Below are positions 37,073-51,129 of a DNA stretch of 64,000 nt, one piece after another. The notes under the pieces are model-generated. The model made no database searches, was not told where the DNA came from, and worked only from the letters and a program-made list of their open reading frames with translations. Both the position numbers and the translations under genes were made by a program. The stretch covers positions 3,404,401 to 3,468,400 of the forward strand of contig MU004231.1 of NCBI GenBank assembly GCA_010405405.1, in the 5' to 3' direction. The stretch is from Microthyrium microscopicum. Taxonomy: Eukaryota. The first letter of the stretch is position 1. Each line of letters opens with the position of its first letter.

Positions 37073-39544
37073 ATGCAAGAAACGGAATTGGATCAGATCG
37101 ATATCGAAAACGACCGTTCGTCATACGGGCAAGCTTGTTTAACATGTGTGCGGTCTAAAACGAAATGTACTGCGGCAAGGAGTGGAGTGAAATGCGAAAG
37201 GTATGAAAGTTGAAAAGCAAAACCATTTAATTTATTGACTTATTTCCTTCCGCGGATGTTTTTGATATCGTACCAGCCTCCTACTAGAGTAGTCGCCAAG
37301 TTACATAAGAACTCAAACTACTATCTTGTTTGCTAGCCGCTTGATTGTTAAGCGGTCTAGTAGTTCTTCAAATGTCTCCAGCTACCGGGCTATCGATAGC
37401 ACTCCTTGAGCTTACACCCACGTCATTTTCTTCTTATCAATTTCAGAGCTGTTTGCTATTATTCTCTGGACTCAGCTAACAATGACTGTTCAGGTGCCGG
37501 CGACTCAAGAGAGAGTGCCAATCTGCGCCCTCAGTACGTAAATTGCGTGTCTCCAAGAATGCAAAGACTTCAGTAAATTCGACGAGTCGTGGCAAGAAAA
37601 CAACGTTAGAGGAGAAACTTGATGGCATTGTTGAATTGTTGCATCGCAATCAAGTGCAATCTCAGACCGCCTCAACTCAACCGCTCCTGCAGGACACCGG
37701 CATTGGCCAATCGCAGATTCAACTTCAAGCAAATCACCTTAGGTCAAGTCAACCGCAGGTCAACAACTTAAACTCCAGTACAGTGTGCTCCAATGTGAGC
37801 GCCAATCTTCTCACAGTTCCTCAATACAGTCGTCCGTTCACCATGGCTGCCGGGAGTCCTCCAACACCCTCGCCATCAGAATCCATTGGTTCAGTGCCTA
37901 CACCCGCCAATATGGACTCCTTCAATCCTGCACCATATGCCAATTATGAGACATATAGCCTTGAAGACGAAGATGAATGTCAAGAGTATCTCGATACGTA
38001 TCGGACCAAAATGAGCCCATACTGCCCAATGGTTATCATCAAGCCCCAAGTCACGCTGGTTGAAATGCGAGAGCAAAGTCCTTTCCTGTGGCTAGTGATC
38101 AGATCTATTTGCAGCAAGAACGTTATACGACAGATCGCACTGGGTCAAGAAGTGAAGAGGATGGTTGCAAAAGAAACTCTTCTTGAAGCAACCAGGAGCA
38201 TGGATATCTTACAGGGCATTCTGGTGTTTGTGGGCTGGTATCATTTCTATGTTTGTAGAAAGCCTATCCATACCTCGATGACCTACCTCGCCATTTCCCT
38301 CGCAGCGGATCTTGGTATTACCAGAGCCATTCCGGTGGAGCCTTACGGTGTAATGCTGAATTATACCAGCCAAGGCTGTCCGAAGCCACCACATCTACAA
38401 AACAGAGGGCCTAGAACGATAGAAGAGAGGCGAACAGCTGTGTCACTCTTCTACATTTCCGCACTGTAATAACATTCCGTTTTATTCTTGATCTGTTCTA
38501 ATCATTACCAGTGTCTCTCACTTCTTCCAGAGAATTGATCCTGTGAACTGGACACCATATATGGAAGAATGTTTGTCGATCTTGGAGGAGGAGAAAGATG
38601 CACCTACCGATTTATTGTTGGTATATCAAGTACGAATCGCATTGATTCGTTCTAGGATAGCCACCGTAAGCTGGGCCGACACCTTTCCCGTCGGCGAAGG
38701 AGGGAAGCAGTTCCCTAGAGATTTCTACATCCAAACTTTCAGTGCACAGTTGAACGAGCTGAGGGCGGCTATTCCTGTCGAGCTGTCAACAAGTCGTAAG
38801 CATACCTGGCTCTTCACTAGTGCATTACTAACGTATTGTACAGAGGTTCTAGAGATGCATTTACACGAAGCGACGCTTAGTATTCATGAGTATTGTTTAC
38901 TCGTAACTCCAACGAAAGAAATTTCTTTCGATCCGGATGGACAAATGCGTCGAATGGAAAATCTCTACACCGTATTCGCCTCTGTAAAAGCCTGGTTTGC
39001 CCTGTTCAATGATCTAAGTGTCTTCCCACTCACAGACTACCCAAATTTCTCGATGTCCCTCTACACTCAACTTCCACACGCACTAGTCGCTTTATACCGT
39101 CTATCCACATTCAATTCTCCTGACGTACCATGGGACCGCCTACGTGTAGTTCAAGAGCTACACTTTGGCAACCTGATCCGCGAAATCATCCAGCGGTGGA
39201 AGGAGGTGCCTAAAGCAGCTGGCCTTGATCTGAGAGGCAGCAACGACGTCAACGAGACTACATGGATCTATACGAGCAAAAAGCTGGCAGTCCTTGTGGA
39301 CTTTTGGGAGGCGACAATCGAGCCCAAGCTGACAGCTGAGGCATTGAGAACCGGTCGTAGTGTAGCTGGCCGCAACGCAACGTTAGAGGGCACAGCGTCG
39401 GCTGAACCTTTTGATCCCTTGGATCCAAGCCACAACATTGAGCCGATTGACTTTTCGGCTATGAGTCTGGATTTCATGAATGATGATTGGATGCGAGGAG
39501 TATTGGGCCCCAACTTTGATCTTTTACAAGAACCGTATTGGTAA
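37073..39544 (+). CDS. Zn(II)2Cys6 fungal transcription factor (4 exons)
   Basis: ACLTCVRSKTKC...CER|CRRLKREC across intron 37201-37493; further introns at ~38466-38512 and ~38796-38844; middle homology region. Confidence 0.93.
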
Positions 39545-40188
39545 AGCATGGCAATGCTTATTAGCTTTGATGGCGGCGCTAGCACGGCTCGAATTATAGA
39601 CACGACTTCAATGATGTGATAGACCTAGGGAATGATACGTCTTAAGAGAATGATACGAAGCAGGAGTATGGGCTTAAAGGTGTTTAAAAACAGTCATCTA
39701 TGTGACCACGCATGTACACGGGTCAATTGCCTTTTATCATTGGACTCTTAGGATGAGCGAAACTTGATCTGGCGTTGCCATGATAGTCCTCAGAACTTTT
39801 CCCTTTCGCTTCTAGGTTGTGATTAAATACTGCAGGTAGACATGTATAACGCCATGGTTCAATAAGGCTGACAACACACTGGCCATCTCGCCACGAAGAC
39901 CAGCACAACTGCCTCGACTCATATCATGCGGCGAATCTTATGACTAGGCTTTGAAATGAAACTGTAATTGAATCACCAAATGTTATGACATAGCGAAAAT
40001 ATCATAATTGCAAGGTTTTCGATTTTATCGAAATCCAGCCTCTTCTCGTTACGCGACAAGGCTGACCCCAGCCACCACTTCCAACTTCAGCTCCACCAAG
40101 ACTTGATCTGACATGTCTTTGTTTGCATCCTTCTACTCTTATCTTTTATCTTTCATACCATGCGCAGTTGAACAAGAACTTCTGCGTC

Positions 40189-41620
40189 ATGTTTGGTCTA
40201 TCTCAATTCCTCTCCTTACCGTTGCCAGTGCTGCTGCTTATCCTCTCAACGTCCGCAAATCCGTCGCCAACCGCCGCGCCAGAATGGCCGTACAATCTAC
40301 CTGATGGGACAAAATACTACCCTCAAGATGAAAAAGTGGTCAAACGTGCCCTCGCGGCTCACTCAAGAATTGCTCACGACGTCATAACACCCGTCGGTAT
40401 GCGCCGGTTAAGTCCAGATCCCAATGAAATGTTTTATCTCGACTACTGGACATTCGACGATGACTATGCGCAACCAGCGAACGGCACTGCCAATGGCCTC
40501 TTACCACCGTTACTTCCTCATATGACGTCGCCAAATCCTCAATATCGATCAGGCATGGGTCTCTTTGGATCCTATGCAGCTATCGCGAAACGCGATTTTC
40601 AGTGCCCATCCGGATATAGCAATTGCGCGTCGATTGGACGACAATATAGCTGTTGCGCTTCAAGCAGCTCATGCGTTATCGTACAAGATACTGGACTCGG
40701 AGACGTTGGTTGCTGTCCGTCTGGTGCAGCTTGTGGTAATTCGGTGGGGAGTTGTAGCAATGGTTACAAGAGCTGTCCAGGTAGTTCCAATGGCGGCTGC
40801 TGTATGCCAGGCTTCGACTGTCTCGACGTTGGATGTGAGTACACCATGCTCATACGCTCCCTCTCCTTTCTAACACTTTCTAGGCATCTCCGTGTCTACG
40901 ACAACAACTACGACAACGCTCCCCATCTCCACCGCCCAAGCCAGCTGCACCAACGGCTTCAAAACCTGTCCCGCTTCTCTCGGCGGCGGCTGCTGCGCAT
41001 CCTCGCTAACATGCGGTTCGTCTAACGCGTGCGTAGGCGCCAGTACATCCACACAAACCGTAACGCCCACCACAACCGCCACAGCCGTCGTCCCCGTACG
41101 CCCAACCACCGACTCATCCTCTAACTCCTCGCTCCCCGCATCCACGACCCCGACCATCATAACCACCGGCACGCAATTGGTAGCCATCTGCCCTACAAAC
41201 TACTACTTCTGCTCCGCCTACTACCGACCCGGCTGCTGCCAGATTGGCCGCGACTGCGCCATGACCAATTGCCCTGCTGCGACGGCTAGTAGCACGTTTG
41301 TCAGCAACGGCGTAACAGTCGTGGTGCCAATTGGTGGAAGTACGGGCGGAAGCACATATGTGACGACGGCGATTATCACGGGAACGGGCGCGGCGGCGAC
41401 GTTTGGAGGCGGGCCCTGCGCTGACGGGTGGAATAGCTGTGCGCAGAGTATTGGCGGAGGTTGTTGTATGGGCGGATTTACATGCGGAGCTAGCTGTACT
41501 GGTGGTGCGCAAGCAGGGACAACGAGTATTGTACCGAAAGTTGCGCCAGGAGGAGCTGGTTTGGTGAACGTGAATGCATGGATCCTGGGAATTGGATTTT
41601 CATTGATCTTATTGGTATAG
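40189..41620 (+). CDS. Secreted Cys-rich, probably GPI-anchored protein (2 exons)
   Basis: Signal peptide MFGLSQFLSLPLPVLLLILS; KR site before DFQCP; repeated C...GGCC modules; T-rich linkers; hydrophobic C-terminus; intron 40835-40883. Confidence 0.88.
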
Positions 41621-41955
41621 TCGTTATGATCATGACAGCGATTTTGGGTATTGCGAAGGCCTTGGATATGGGTCACTTAATGAGTAATGAGACACGGCAA
41701 ATGCGTTTATAAAGTATAATTGATATACGATAACGATATTGATCTATCTAGAGTTCTAATATCAAGCTCTCTCAAATACGTGGCAATGCTCATAAAGCAT
41801 TCACCATCTGTCCAGAACCAAAAATCATGAGCCAAAAAGAGAAACTCTGCAATCGCTCAAAGCAATGCTAAATGCGCTAACAAGAAACAAATGTTGCCTA
41901 GTAACTCCCAAGCTAGAAATCGCAAATGGTGGGTCCATCAAGGACCGTAACTCCA

Positions 41956-42180
41956 TTACATCTCGTCCAGTTGGTACTCCAGTGAGTAATCCTCCGAGCA
42001 TTCGCTGCAGTAGTAACTGGAAAAGCCTTCGCACTTGACGGTGATGTTTTTGCACATGTCGATACTCCAGGCGTCGTAGCTGTAGCCGGATAATAGGCGG
42101 TTTGTGCAGATTTCGATACTGCTCCCGTGGATGAATGTGTCGTGTGAGCAGCAGTAGAACGAGTAGGTGTAGCCGCACAT
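41956..42180 (-). CDS. Small Cys/His-rich protein (74 aa)
   Basis: MCGYTYSFYCCSH...C...C...C...CSEC; CA-rich leader upstream (caagcatcaacATG). Confidence 0.6.
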   Translation of the reverse strand: MCGYTYSFYCCSHDTFIHGSSIEICTNRLLSGYSYDAWSIDMCKNITVKCEGFSSYYCSECSEDYSLEYQLDEM

Positions 42181-44647
42181 GTTGATGCTTGTGTGGTGTT
42201 TTCTTTGTTTGTGTGTGGGAAACTGATTACAGTCGGTAGGAAGCTGAGATTGTTGTATCTGGCTGTTTTTGTTCTTGTGTTGTAAATGGGTGTGATGGTG
42301 GAAATGTAGAGATGTGTTCGACCTGGTTCGTATTGTGTACTTCGAACAGCCAGCAAACAAGATGGGAAAAGAGTAGTTGACGAAAGACGAGAGACGATAG
42401 CGTAACAGGCAGGAGCGAGCGGAAGATACGGTATTTACAGTGAAAGCACCTACATGTCGAGTCGAGGTCGAGACCACGATTGTCAGCCTTCGGGTGAAGA
42501 CACGAAGCACAGACAATCAATATCAGTTGTAATCATCCGGTCTTCGGAGCATCGTACAAGGACAAGGGGGCGGAACAATGAGGGTTCAAAGGAACAAGTC
42601 TCGTCTATTGGCGATCAATGGGTCTTGGAGCTTCTAGAAAGAGCCGTTCATTGGGTGGGTGAAGCAGTTCTAGGCGATAAAGGGGGACAAAGGGAACGCG
42701 GAACTTTTGACACGCGAGACCCTGAAGTCGCTCGGGATGCATGTCAAGGTGCGGTCTGGGATGGTCTAGCCAATGCCGTATTGGTATCAATTACTTTCTG
42801 CGAGAGGCCGCCGCAAGAACAACGACTGCAGATGGATGCGTACGATCCAAGACCCACCGCGCAGATGTTTCCCCTGGAAGATGGGGGAACAAGTCCGGTC
42901 ATCCGTGGCCTCATGACAGTCACAGAGTTGACTATAAACTCGACTTGATCGCCAATTCGAAAGTTGAGATGGTGGAACTCAACACCATGAAGGACCAGAT
43001 CTCAACAGGTTGGAAGTTGAAGCTAAAGGGAATATGCACAATAACCAGCACGGACTTGAAGTTGGCTGCAGGCCCGTTGCTGCATAACTCTCGCTTCGCA
43101 TATTGCGCGGACCCTGATCAACACCACCCGACCAATCACCCAAACTTCTCATCCTATCCCCAGGCACCACCTTTTCCGGTCCAGCCGTGAGCTCTGCCAG
43201 CATCTCCACCGCCATTTCACGATAAGCTCATCCAGCTGCAACGTTGAGCTTCAAGGTGGATTCTAGCCGCCGGCCGACACATAACGCCAATCCACCCACC
43301 GATCGCGCCACTGAACGCAATCCGAACGGTGTGCGAAGCCGTGATAACTAGCATGAACCTCAAAGACATGTCTTGGAATGTTGACAGCGCACAGGGTAAA
43401 GTATTTGAAGTAATCCGTGTGAAGTCGGCCTAGACCCCGAACAGCAAGCAAACCATTGTGGCCAATATGGCGTGCACAGCAGGGTCGAAAATGCCTGTGG
43501 CAAAGATAATGTTGTTCTGTATCACCACCGGTAGTCCGAGGTCAACATTGAATGTCTTGCCATTGATCGACAAAAGGGTCACACAGGGTCCAATCCGCCA
43601 TTGCGGAGATACCTCCGATCAGAGATCCTTGACAACTCTATCTCAGCGCCCATAGATACGGACCGCTAGAAAACGGGACTCGGCAACACCAGACCACATG
43701 GAGATTTCGATGTCATGTGAGCGTCTGCATCGAACCATCATATCTTGCAAAGGATAAGCATTGGCCGTCGGCACCTCTTCTAACATGATCGCTGTATCGG
43801 TATCATTTCTCCCAGTAGGTTCGCGATCCGGGGTACTTCGCCAGCAAGGTCAATCTATGCTTGCCTTGTTGCTTCACCCACTGCTTTGGCGCCTTGTCGA
43901 TCCCCATGCTGCGCTGTCTCTCTAGTAAGGGGCGAGTCTCTTGGAACCCGCTGCTGTCCATTAACCATTTCCAGATAAGAAGGCATGACTCATCCTGTCG
44001 ACACTTGTGCCAAGTTCGTCTTCAGCCGAGCCAGTGTCGCCCGCGGCAGCACACACATAGCGAGTACTGTCAGAAGCCTGGCATATACAGACTGGTAGCG
44101 AATGACCAGCTTAAATGCATTGACAGGCACCAGCCTGTTGGGCGCAGGAGCTCGGCAGTGCACCATCAAGCCAGACTTATAGAACAGTTCTGTAAGAACA
44201 GTCAGCCATCTCATAGCATTGTTGTCCAACGAGATTCACAATGGGAACATATTACAAAGCTTGTATTTGGTGCTCTCCATTGCCCACAGAGGGTGCTGGC
44301 TCTGATTTGAGTACGCCTGCCTCGGGTGTCTCTCGAATGGGTCGTCTGATCAAAAGGGGTTGTCATAGTCTTGTTGATAGCTCCAGTAGCGAATGCGCAG
44401 TTGTATAGCGCACGACGCAATGAGAGTCTGGATGTCGCGAAGTAGCCACTGTCGCATCTCTGATCTCGTAGCTGTTCTTGGAGCATCTGGGATTTTGGTA
44501 TAAGATATAAGATAAGGTCATTACATCAAGAGGTAGGAAAGAAGAACACGCAATGCTATTATGCTACGGTAGCCACTTTTGGTTACCCCTGAATTCTTTG
44601 ATGGCTATTTTTAGAACAACAATGAAGTTATCCACGCGCTTTTCTTT

Positions 44648-46697
44648 TCAGACCTTTGTCTTACACCTATTGTAGTACGTCTCCGTAGCCTTTTCGACTA
44701 TCAGCTTGACTTTTGCTGGGTCCAGCTTTGGTACTCTGTTGAAGGTATACAAGCCATTCACCTCTTGCTCTATGTCTGTCCTGGACAAAAAAATCAGTAC
44801 AGAAAACGACCAGCTCTGGTCGCACTTACAGTTGTGTATACACAAAGCCACAAGTTATACCTTTGGCAATTCCCATGAACAGATTCTCTAGCATGCCAAA
44901 CAGCTCGTCGGGATCAGTCGCTGTGATATAGCCCCAGTCGCCCTCTTTGGTCGCTTCTCCCTCCTTTGGGGCAATGTTGATACCACCAAACTCAGTACAG
45001 ATTACTGGTGCGCCATCTCGAACCTTTCCGCCCTCGTCTGGATTCGATGAGTCTTCGATTGCCGGCACAAACATCACTCTATCACTCTTTTTGCCAAGAG
45101 CCCCTTCTATGCTGGCACACGATTTTGTGAGCACCGATGCATCGCCATAATCGTGGAATGTAAAGAGATCGGTGAGGACACTTTCCCATCCACAATTGTC
45201 ATTGATCGGCCTAGTGGGATCAAGAGTTCTATGGTAACGTCAGCAACATGTTATCCTTATGTCAAATGTCCTCACTTTGTCATATAGTAAAGCGATCGAA
45301 GATGATTTCTCTGGATCACCGAATTTGTCAAGTCAGTATAGCCCCAACTCTCGTTGCCCGGTGTCCAAGTCACAACACACGGATGGTTGATATCTCGTCT
45401 GACAGCTTCCATCCATTCTTGATTGAAGCGCTCGACATAGACATCGTCGAATTTATACGCGTTCGCCATCTCTCCCCATACCAGATAACCCAGCTTATCT
45501 GCCCAAAATAAGAAGACAGGGTCCTCAACTTTCTGATGCTTCCGACATCCATTGAACCCCATCGCTTTGGATAGCTCAATATCTTTGCGGAGACTTTCCT
45601 GGGAAGGCGGAGTAAGGCCAGTCTCTGGCCAATAGCCCTGGTCCAGAACAAGAGCTTGAAAATACGGTTTACCATTTAAGAGGAAAGCTTGGTTGCCATT
45701 TGTCCAATTTAGGGAACGCATACCAGTGGTGGTGATCACAGAGTCAATACAATCCCCTGCAGAATCGTATAGTTTGATGCTCAAATCGTAGAGGTGTGGG
45801 GTTTCTGGTGACCATAATGCCAGTTCACCGTCAGGTTTGGCCATGGGGACTTGGACATTGACAACTCCGAGTTTTGATACGTCAGACTTAGTCTTGCCGA
45901 TGGTTTTACCGTCCAAACTTGATTCTATCTCAACGCTCGTGTATGTTCCAACAAGATTGCCTTGGAGTTGAATCTTGCAATGAAGTTTTTGAGACTCAAT
46001 GTCGTTGGATCGAATGATTGTCTACGCGTCTGTTAGCAATAATTCTCCAACTAGTATCAAAAGAGTAATATTTAAACGCTCAGCTCCAACTCACCCCTGA
46101 GGAACCATCTCCAATCCTGAGCAGAGGCACACTCTCAAGCCAAACGCTCTGCCAAATGCCACTTGTCGGTGTGTACCAAATGCTTTTTGGTTGAGGCTCC
46201 CAGTATTGTTTACCTCGAGGCTGAGTCAGGTCATGCGGTGAGTCTCGAACTCTCAAGACTAATTGGACCTCATTCTTTGATGTCTGAGCATTTAAAGCAT
46301 CAGTGAGATCCAAGTCGAAGCCAACGTGTCCACCACGATGACTTCCAACGAAGTGTCCACCCAGCCAACCATCTACCTCATAGTCAACCGCGTTGAATCT
46401 TGCTATCAGCCTGTGCCCTTTGGTGATCTCTTCTTTAGTTCGAATATCCGAGATGCCATGGCGGTACCAGATGACCTCATGGGCCCCTCGATCGTTGATG
46501 CCAGAGGCTGCAGTCTGAAATGCGAATGGGACTTTGATCTGCTTTTCGGCAGGCCCTAAAGCGCCAGAGTTGCAACCTTCTTTCAACCCAATGTTCTGGT
46601 CATCAAAATAAAAGTCCCATTTCCCATTGAGGCTTTGCCAATTGAGACCTGGTCGAACCCAATCTGGGCGAGGATATGGGTGAGCATCAGCAGACAT
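44648..46697 (-). CDS. Glycoside hydrolase family 2 (beta-galactosidase/glucuronidase-like), multi-exon
   Basis: YPRP...SLNGKWDF, QPRGKQ, WYTPTSGIWQSVWLE, LDQGYWP, RKHQKVEDP, RDINHP.VV.W...NESWG, TEFGG, TDIEQEVNGL. Confidence 0.93.
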
Positions 46698-47095
46698 ACT
46701 TGCCAGTTGGGAAGACGACTTGAGGATGGGGTACTACAAGAGGTATCAATGGAAGCTTATGTTCTTCATGACTTGATCAATCAACTTGGAGTCAAATTTA
46801 AAAGTGACGTTGCGAATTGGTGTTGGAAGCAAAGCCCCGCGACTTGAAACCACATCCGATTCAGTTGAGAAACAACACGGACACTTATAGTAGGGACGAC
46901 ATACTCTACTTTAGTAGAAGTATCTAGACGGATATTTCTAGATAGTGACTGTAAGACTCGCTTAGAGGATTGAAAGCTTCGTGCTTAATATTGGTAGTGG
47001 CGGATTTACGGAATGTGGAGACATTATAATTTGGTGATCACATTGTCCCCTATACAGGAAGAATCTAACCACTTGATGGTACCTGGTAAGTATAA

Positions 47096-48139
47096 CTATG
47101 CCTTAGACGAGATGCTCTCCATCTTGGGATTTTTTAGACGATCTAAAACCCATTCCCAACCTTCTTTGAGCTCACTATTGAAGGTCGCAAAGCCTGCCAT
47201 CAGAATCCAACAATGAAACATGCCCTCCCAAACCAGCCATTCACCCTGAACACCATTTTCAATCAGCTTATCTCGAAAGAGAAGCGCATCAGGAGATAAA
47301 ATATCGTGTGTTCCAAAGACACAATGTACATGAATTCCCCTATCACGCAGAGTAACGAGGTTTGTTGCTCTGATGGGCGAAATTCTCGCATCTGTTGCTG
47401 GGTCCCAGTCGCCAGACCACTCCTTTCCAAACTTTTTGGAGTATTCCAGGATAAGCACTGGATCAACCCTTGCGACTGCCTCAATAGCTGAGTTGGAATA
47501 CGTCAAGTCCATTGTCGGGCTGATCAGCACAAGTGCTTCTGGTGCTGGACAGTCAGGTTGTTGTCGGAGAGCCTCGAGGACGAGACATAGTGCGATATTG
47601 CCACCAGATGAATCCCCCGCTATAATGACTGATTCATTGTGCTCGAGCGCGTGGGCCATAACATCATTGTATAAGTCTAGAAGCGCTGGAAATGCTTTAG
47701 GAGCAGGGAAATTGAGAGCAAGAGGGTGAGAGACTACTGAAATAACAGTATTACTGGGAAGATCCTTCACAAGACGCTTGAGAAATCCAAAGTGAGCCGA
47801 TTGAGGGGGCATTTGCCAGCTTCCTCCTGCGAAATATAATATTCTTTTAGAGTGCTCATTTTGGCTTGTAGTTTTAGCCTTTTTTGAAGATAGATCGTAG
47901 ATTCGTATGTTGTGAACAGTTCTTTCTTCAATCCCGAGAGCTTTTTGGATAGGAGTTGGAAAGGATATTTCTTCGGAAAAGTTTTTCGAATGGTCGCTTG
48001 GTGGTTTGCTGAGCAATCGTTTCAGCGGTTTGATGAAAGCTTTAATAAGTCGAGTGTCGATTGACAGGCCGGATCGCTGCGTTGTCCTAATAGACGGTTG
48101 AGATTCTGGTTTCGTATCTTCCGTAGAACTTGACTTCAT
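47096..48139 (-). CDS. Alpha/beta hydrolase, HSL-like esterase/lipase
   Basis: GDSSG nucleophile motif; FAGGSW at the HGGG position; GTHDIL (Asp) and GMFH (His). Confidence 0.9.
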   Translation of the reverse strand: MKSSSTEDTKPESQPSIRTTQRSGLSIDTRLIKAFIKPLKRLLSKPPSDHSKNFSEEISFPTPIQKALGIEERTVHNIRIYDLSSKKAKTTSQNEHSKRILYFAGGSWQMPPQSAHFGFLKRLVKDLPSNTVISVVSHPLALNFPAPKAFPALLDLYNDVMAHALEHNESVIIAGDSSGGNIALCLVLEALRQQPDCPAPEALVLISPTMDLTYSNSAIEAVARVDPVLILEYSKKFGKEWSGDWDPATDARISPIRATNLVTLRDRGIHVHCVFGTHDILSPDALLFRDKLIENGVQGEWLVWEGMFHCWILMAGFATFNSELKEGWEWVLDRLKNPKMESISSKA

Positions 48140-48938
48140 TGTCCATAGATACTGTTTGCTAGAACCTCTGGATATACTGGACGAATGGGCTAAAATGTAT
48201 GATTTCTTACTGCAAGATCTCCCAACAATACAAGCATAACAACTACTACGGCCAATGGTACACTAAGTTGGCGCCGCCTACGTCACCATTTAAACAAGTT
48301 GGCATACGGTATGGTTTGCCAACTCATTCTTTAAAAGGTGCTCTCAAGGTTATCATTTCGATCGATATGAAATAACCCACAAGCGAAACCGCCCTGGGTA
48401 AATTTACTGGGCGTGGCCCCAGAGTCGATCTTAGGACGTTGGTGATACGGCGCTAAGCAGACAAGAACCTCAGTCAGGCAATACCAGTACAAAATAAATG
48501 GCGCTCACCCGTCCAAATCCAACCGCGATGGCTACCATCGTACTTCAAAATAAAACTGCGATCACGTTCCAGCCAAATTACTTCAGGGTGGACGACGCGT
48601 ATTATAATAGTTGCGACCGGTGAAGCAGTTCATTTGTCGGACTGCAACGGCTGTCACTTACCAGGCTGACACCTAAAGCTTTAGTTAGATTATCTATAAA
48701 CTAATTGATTAGTTTGTTCTGAGGTAGAATGTCTGTACTTTTGGTGATAGTGCTCGTTGGCGCGGTGTCAATAATAGGTATACTGTTCATTAAAAATTAC
48801 AAACATATCTCTTGCTTTCATCTCGCATCTTTGACCCTATTGCTGCCTGTGCCACCCACTGACGGCGGAGCCTTTTTCCCAGGTTCGAATGCGAAGTGGG
48901 GAATATAATAGAATGTGACCATGATCGTTATGAGATCT

Positions 48939-51129
48939 CTAATCTTTCAGACCGAGACTAATTCCTAAGCCACCTACATTGACACCAACCGCAACCCCCG
49001 AGGGACTCAGATTGACATTGACTCCACTAGTCTTTGTGGATGCTGACGTCGAGTTCTGCAACTGCGATAGGATGACATCTGCTGCTTTCTCACCGACCAT
49101 ATATGTCGAAACTGCAGTGAATGTTCCGGGAATGCGTGGATAGACTGAAGCGTCCACAACACGCAGACCTTGAACACCGCGGACTCGAAAGCTGGAGTCT
49201 AGAACAGCCATTGGATCGTCATCAGTTCCGATAGCACAGGTGGACGAGCAGTGATGGCTCCATGCATTATTTTTTACGAAGTCGACAACTTCTTGTTTGC
49301 TAGTTCATGTCCTGTTAGTCTAGTCCGATCATATACTTGTAGCTACTAACCTTTGTAATTGCGAGCCTGGTAAGACTTCCGTGTAAGGTATTGGCTGTCG
49401 TTTGAAAGCATCTCTAGTCAGAATAATGCTCTCGTACATGGCCTCGAGATCCTCGTCGCCGCCATCTTGGAAGAAGTTGAACAGGATATTGGGGGTATCC
49501 AGTGGATCGGCAGTTCGAAGCGTCACAGAGCCAGCTCTGTTTCTTGGATGAGACTTGAGAAGTGCCCATGACCAGTAGTTGTGGTTGATAGTCGCGTTCA
49601 CCGAATAATTGGGAAAGTACCCTCGAAAGTTGACTGGACCACCAAATGCAAATACATCATAGTTGCCATCCGGTGATGTAGTGCTCTTGAAAAACATTGA
49701 TCCCGCGAATCCAGAGGAATCGTAGGTGACGCCCAGACGTGGCTCGACCTTCCATCGATCAAGACATGGATCTGGTTGTCCGTAAAAGCCGAAAGTGCAA
49801 CCATCGAGAATTGTGAAGTTAGAGGGAAATGTGCTCTGAACGGATATCTCATCTGCGTGGATTAGCCTTCAAGTGATGAGTTCATATTCTTGTCACCTAC
49901 AATGATCTTGAAGATTGCCTCCTACACCCGGCAAATCCTTGATAACAGGAATACCGAATTGACGAAGCTCTGCTGCGGGACCAATACCGCTAAGCTTCAG
50001 GATCTGAGGCGAGTTGTACGAGCCACCCGATATGATGACCTCACGAGATGCTTTTGCCGAACCTGGTGTACCAGAACCATTACTTCCCGCTCGTTTGCTG
50101 GCACGATACAGGTACTTTCCGTCCAGAAATTCTACCCCAGTAGCTTTTGGTGTGGTCGAATTATCGAAAGTGACTTTGGTTACATGGCAGTTCATTCGGA
50201 CATCGAGGGGGAATGCTTTTGAGCCGTCTGCTTTCTTAGCATCGCGAACCTGAAGAATAAATTCTCGAGAGCCGTTACGGGTCCTATTCCTGGTAGCGAT
50301 GGGGATCTGGTAGAGTGCGGGAGTTCTATTGGGGTGTCAGTATACATATCGGCTGATCCGGAATAAAGGAGACATACGAGTCGCGCAGATCACCATCTGC
50401 ATTTGCGTCTCCTGCCAAAAGCGTAGCAAGGTTGACTACAGTGCCAGTATAATTGCCCAGCGCAAAAGAAGCACCCAGCAACTGACTAGTAAGCTGCAAA
50501 TCCTCAAGAGCCAAGTCGATTGGCGCTAAAGCATCGCCAAACCAGCCATCATAGCCGTGACCAGTAACATCAAGTGAAACGTAGCCTATGCTTTCCATTC
50601 GAATGAAATATTTCCGCATATTGTCCGGCAACCACGACTGATCTCCAGTCAAATCTGCCAGATACTGGAAATCATCTCGATCTGGATAAATAGTGACGAG
50701 GGCATTGTGAGCGGTACAACCTCCCAGTGTCGCTGAGCGAGGATACAGAATTCCTTTGATAGTCGATCCAGGAGGAGGATTGAGTCCTGTGTATTCGCCA
50801 CCATTTGGGGTATTGTATGTCAGCTTATAGTCCTTCTTTTGTTGGGTATCGTTGGCATAGTGTCTGACGAAAAAGTCCCAGGCCATTGAGGGATCCTCGG
50901 TGGATTTCGCTTGGTATGCTGGAACAGTGTAGTTGTTATTCGATCCTTGATCATCACCTGCCTCGATCAAGAGTGTCTTGTGTCCAGCGAGGGCGAGTCT
51001 TGCTGCTAGAGGGCCGCCGCCAGCGCCAGAGCCTACTACTATAAATTCATAGTCAAGATCTTCGGCATAACTGACGCCTAAAAGGTTGAAGCACGTCGCG
51101 AAGGCGAACAAAGCAAAGCGCAACAACAT
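48939..51129 (-). CDS. Secreted GMC oxidoreductase, multi-exon
   Basis: Signal peptide; [12 protein letters not shown]-binding motif; [21 protein letters not shown]...[21 protein letters not shown]. Confidence 0.94.

Noticed and set aside
42450..44500. GC-balanced, coding-looking fragments between the microprotein and GH2
   Set aside because: Short ORFs in shifting frames with no recognisable motif or consistent splice model; possibly a decayed gene
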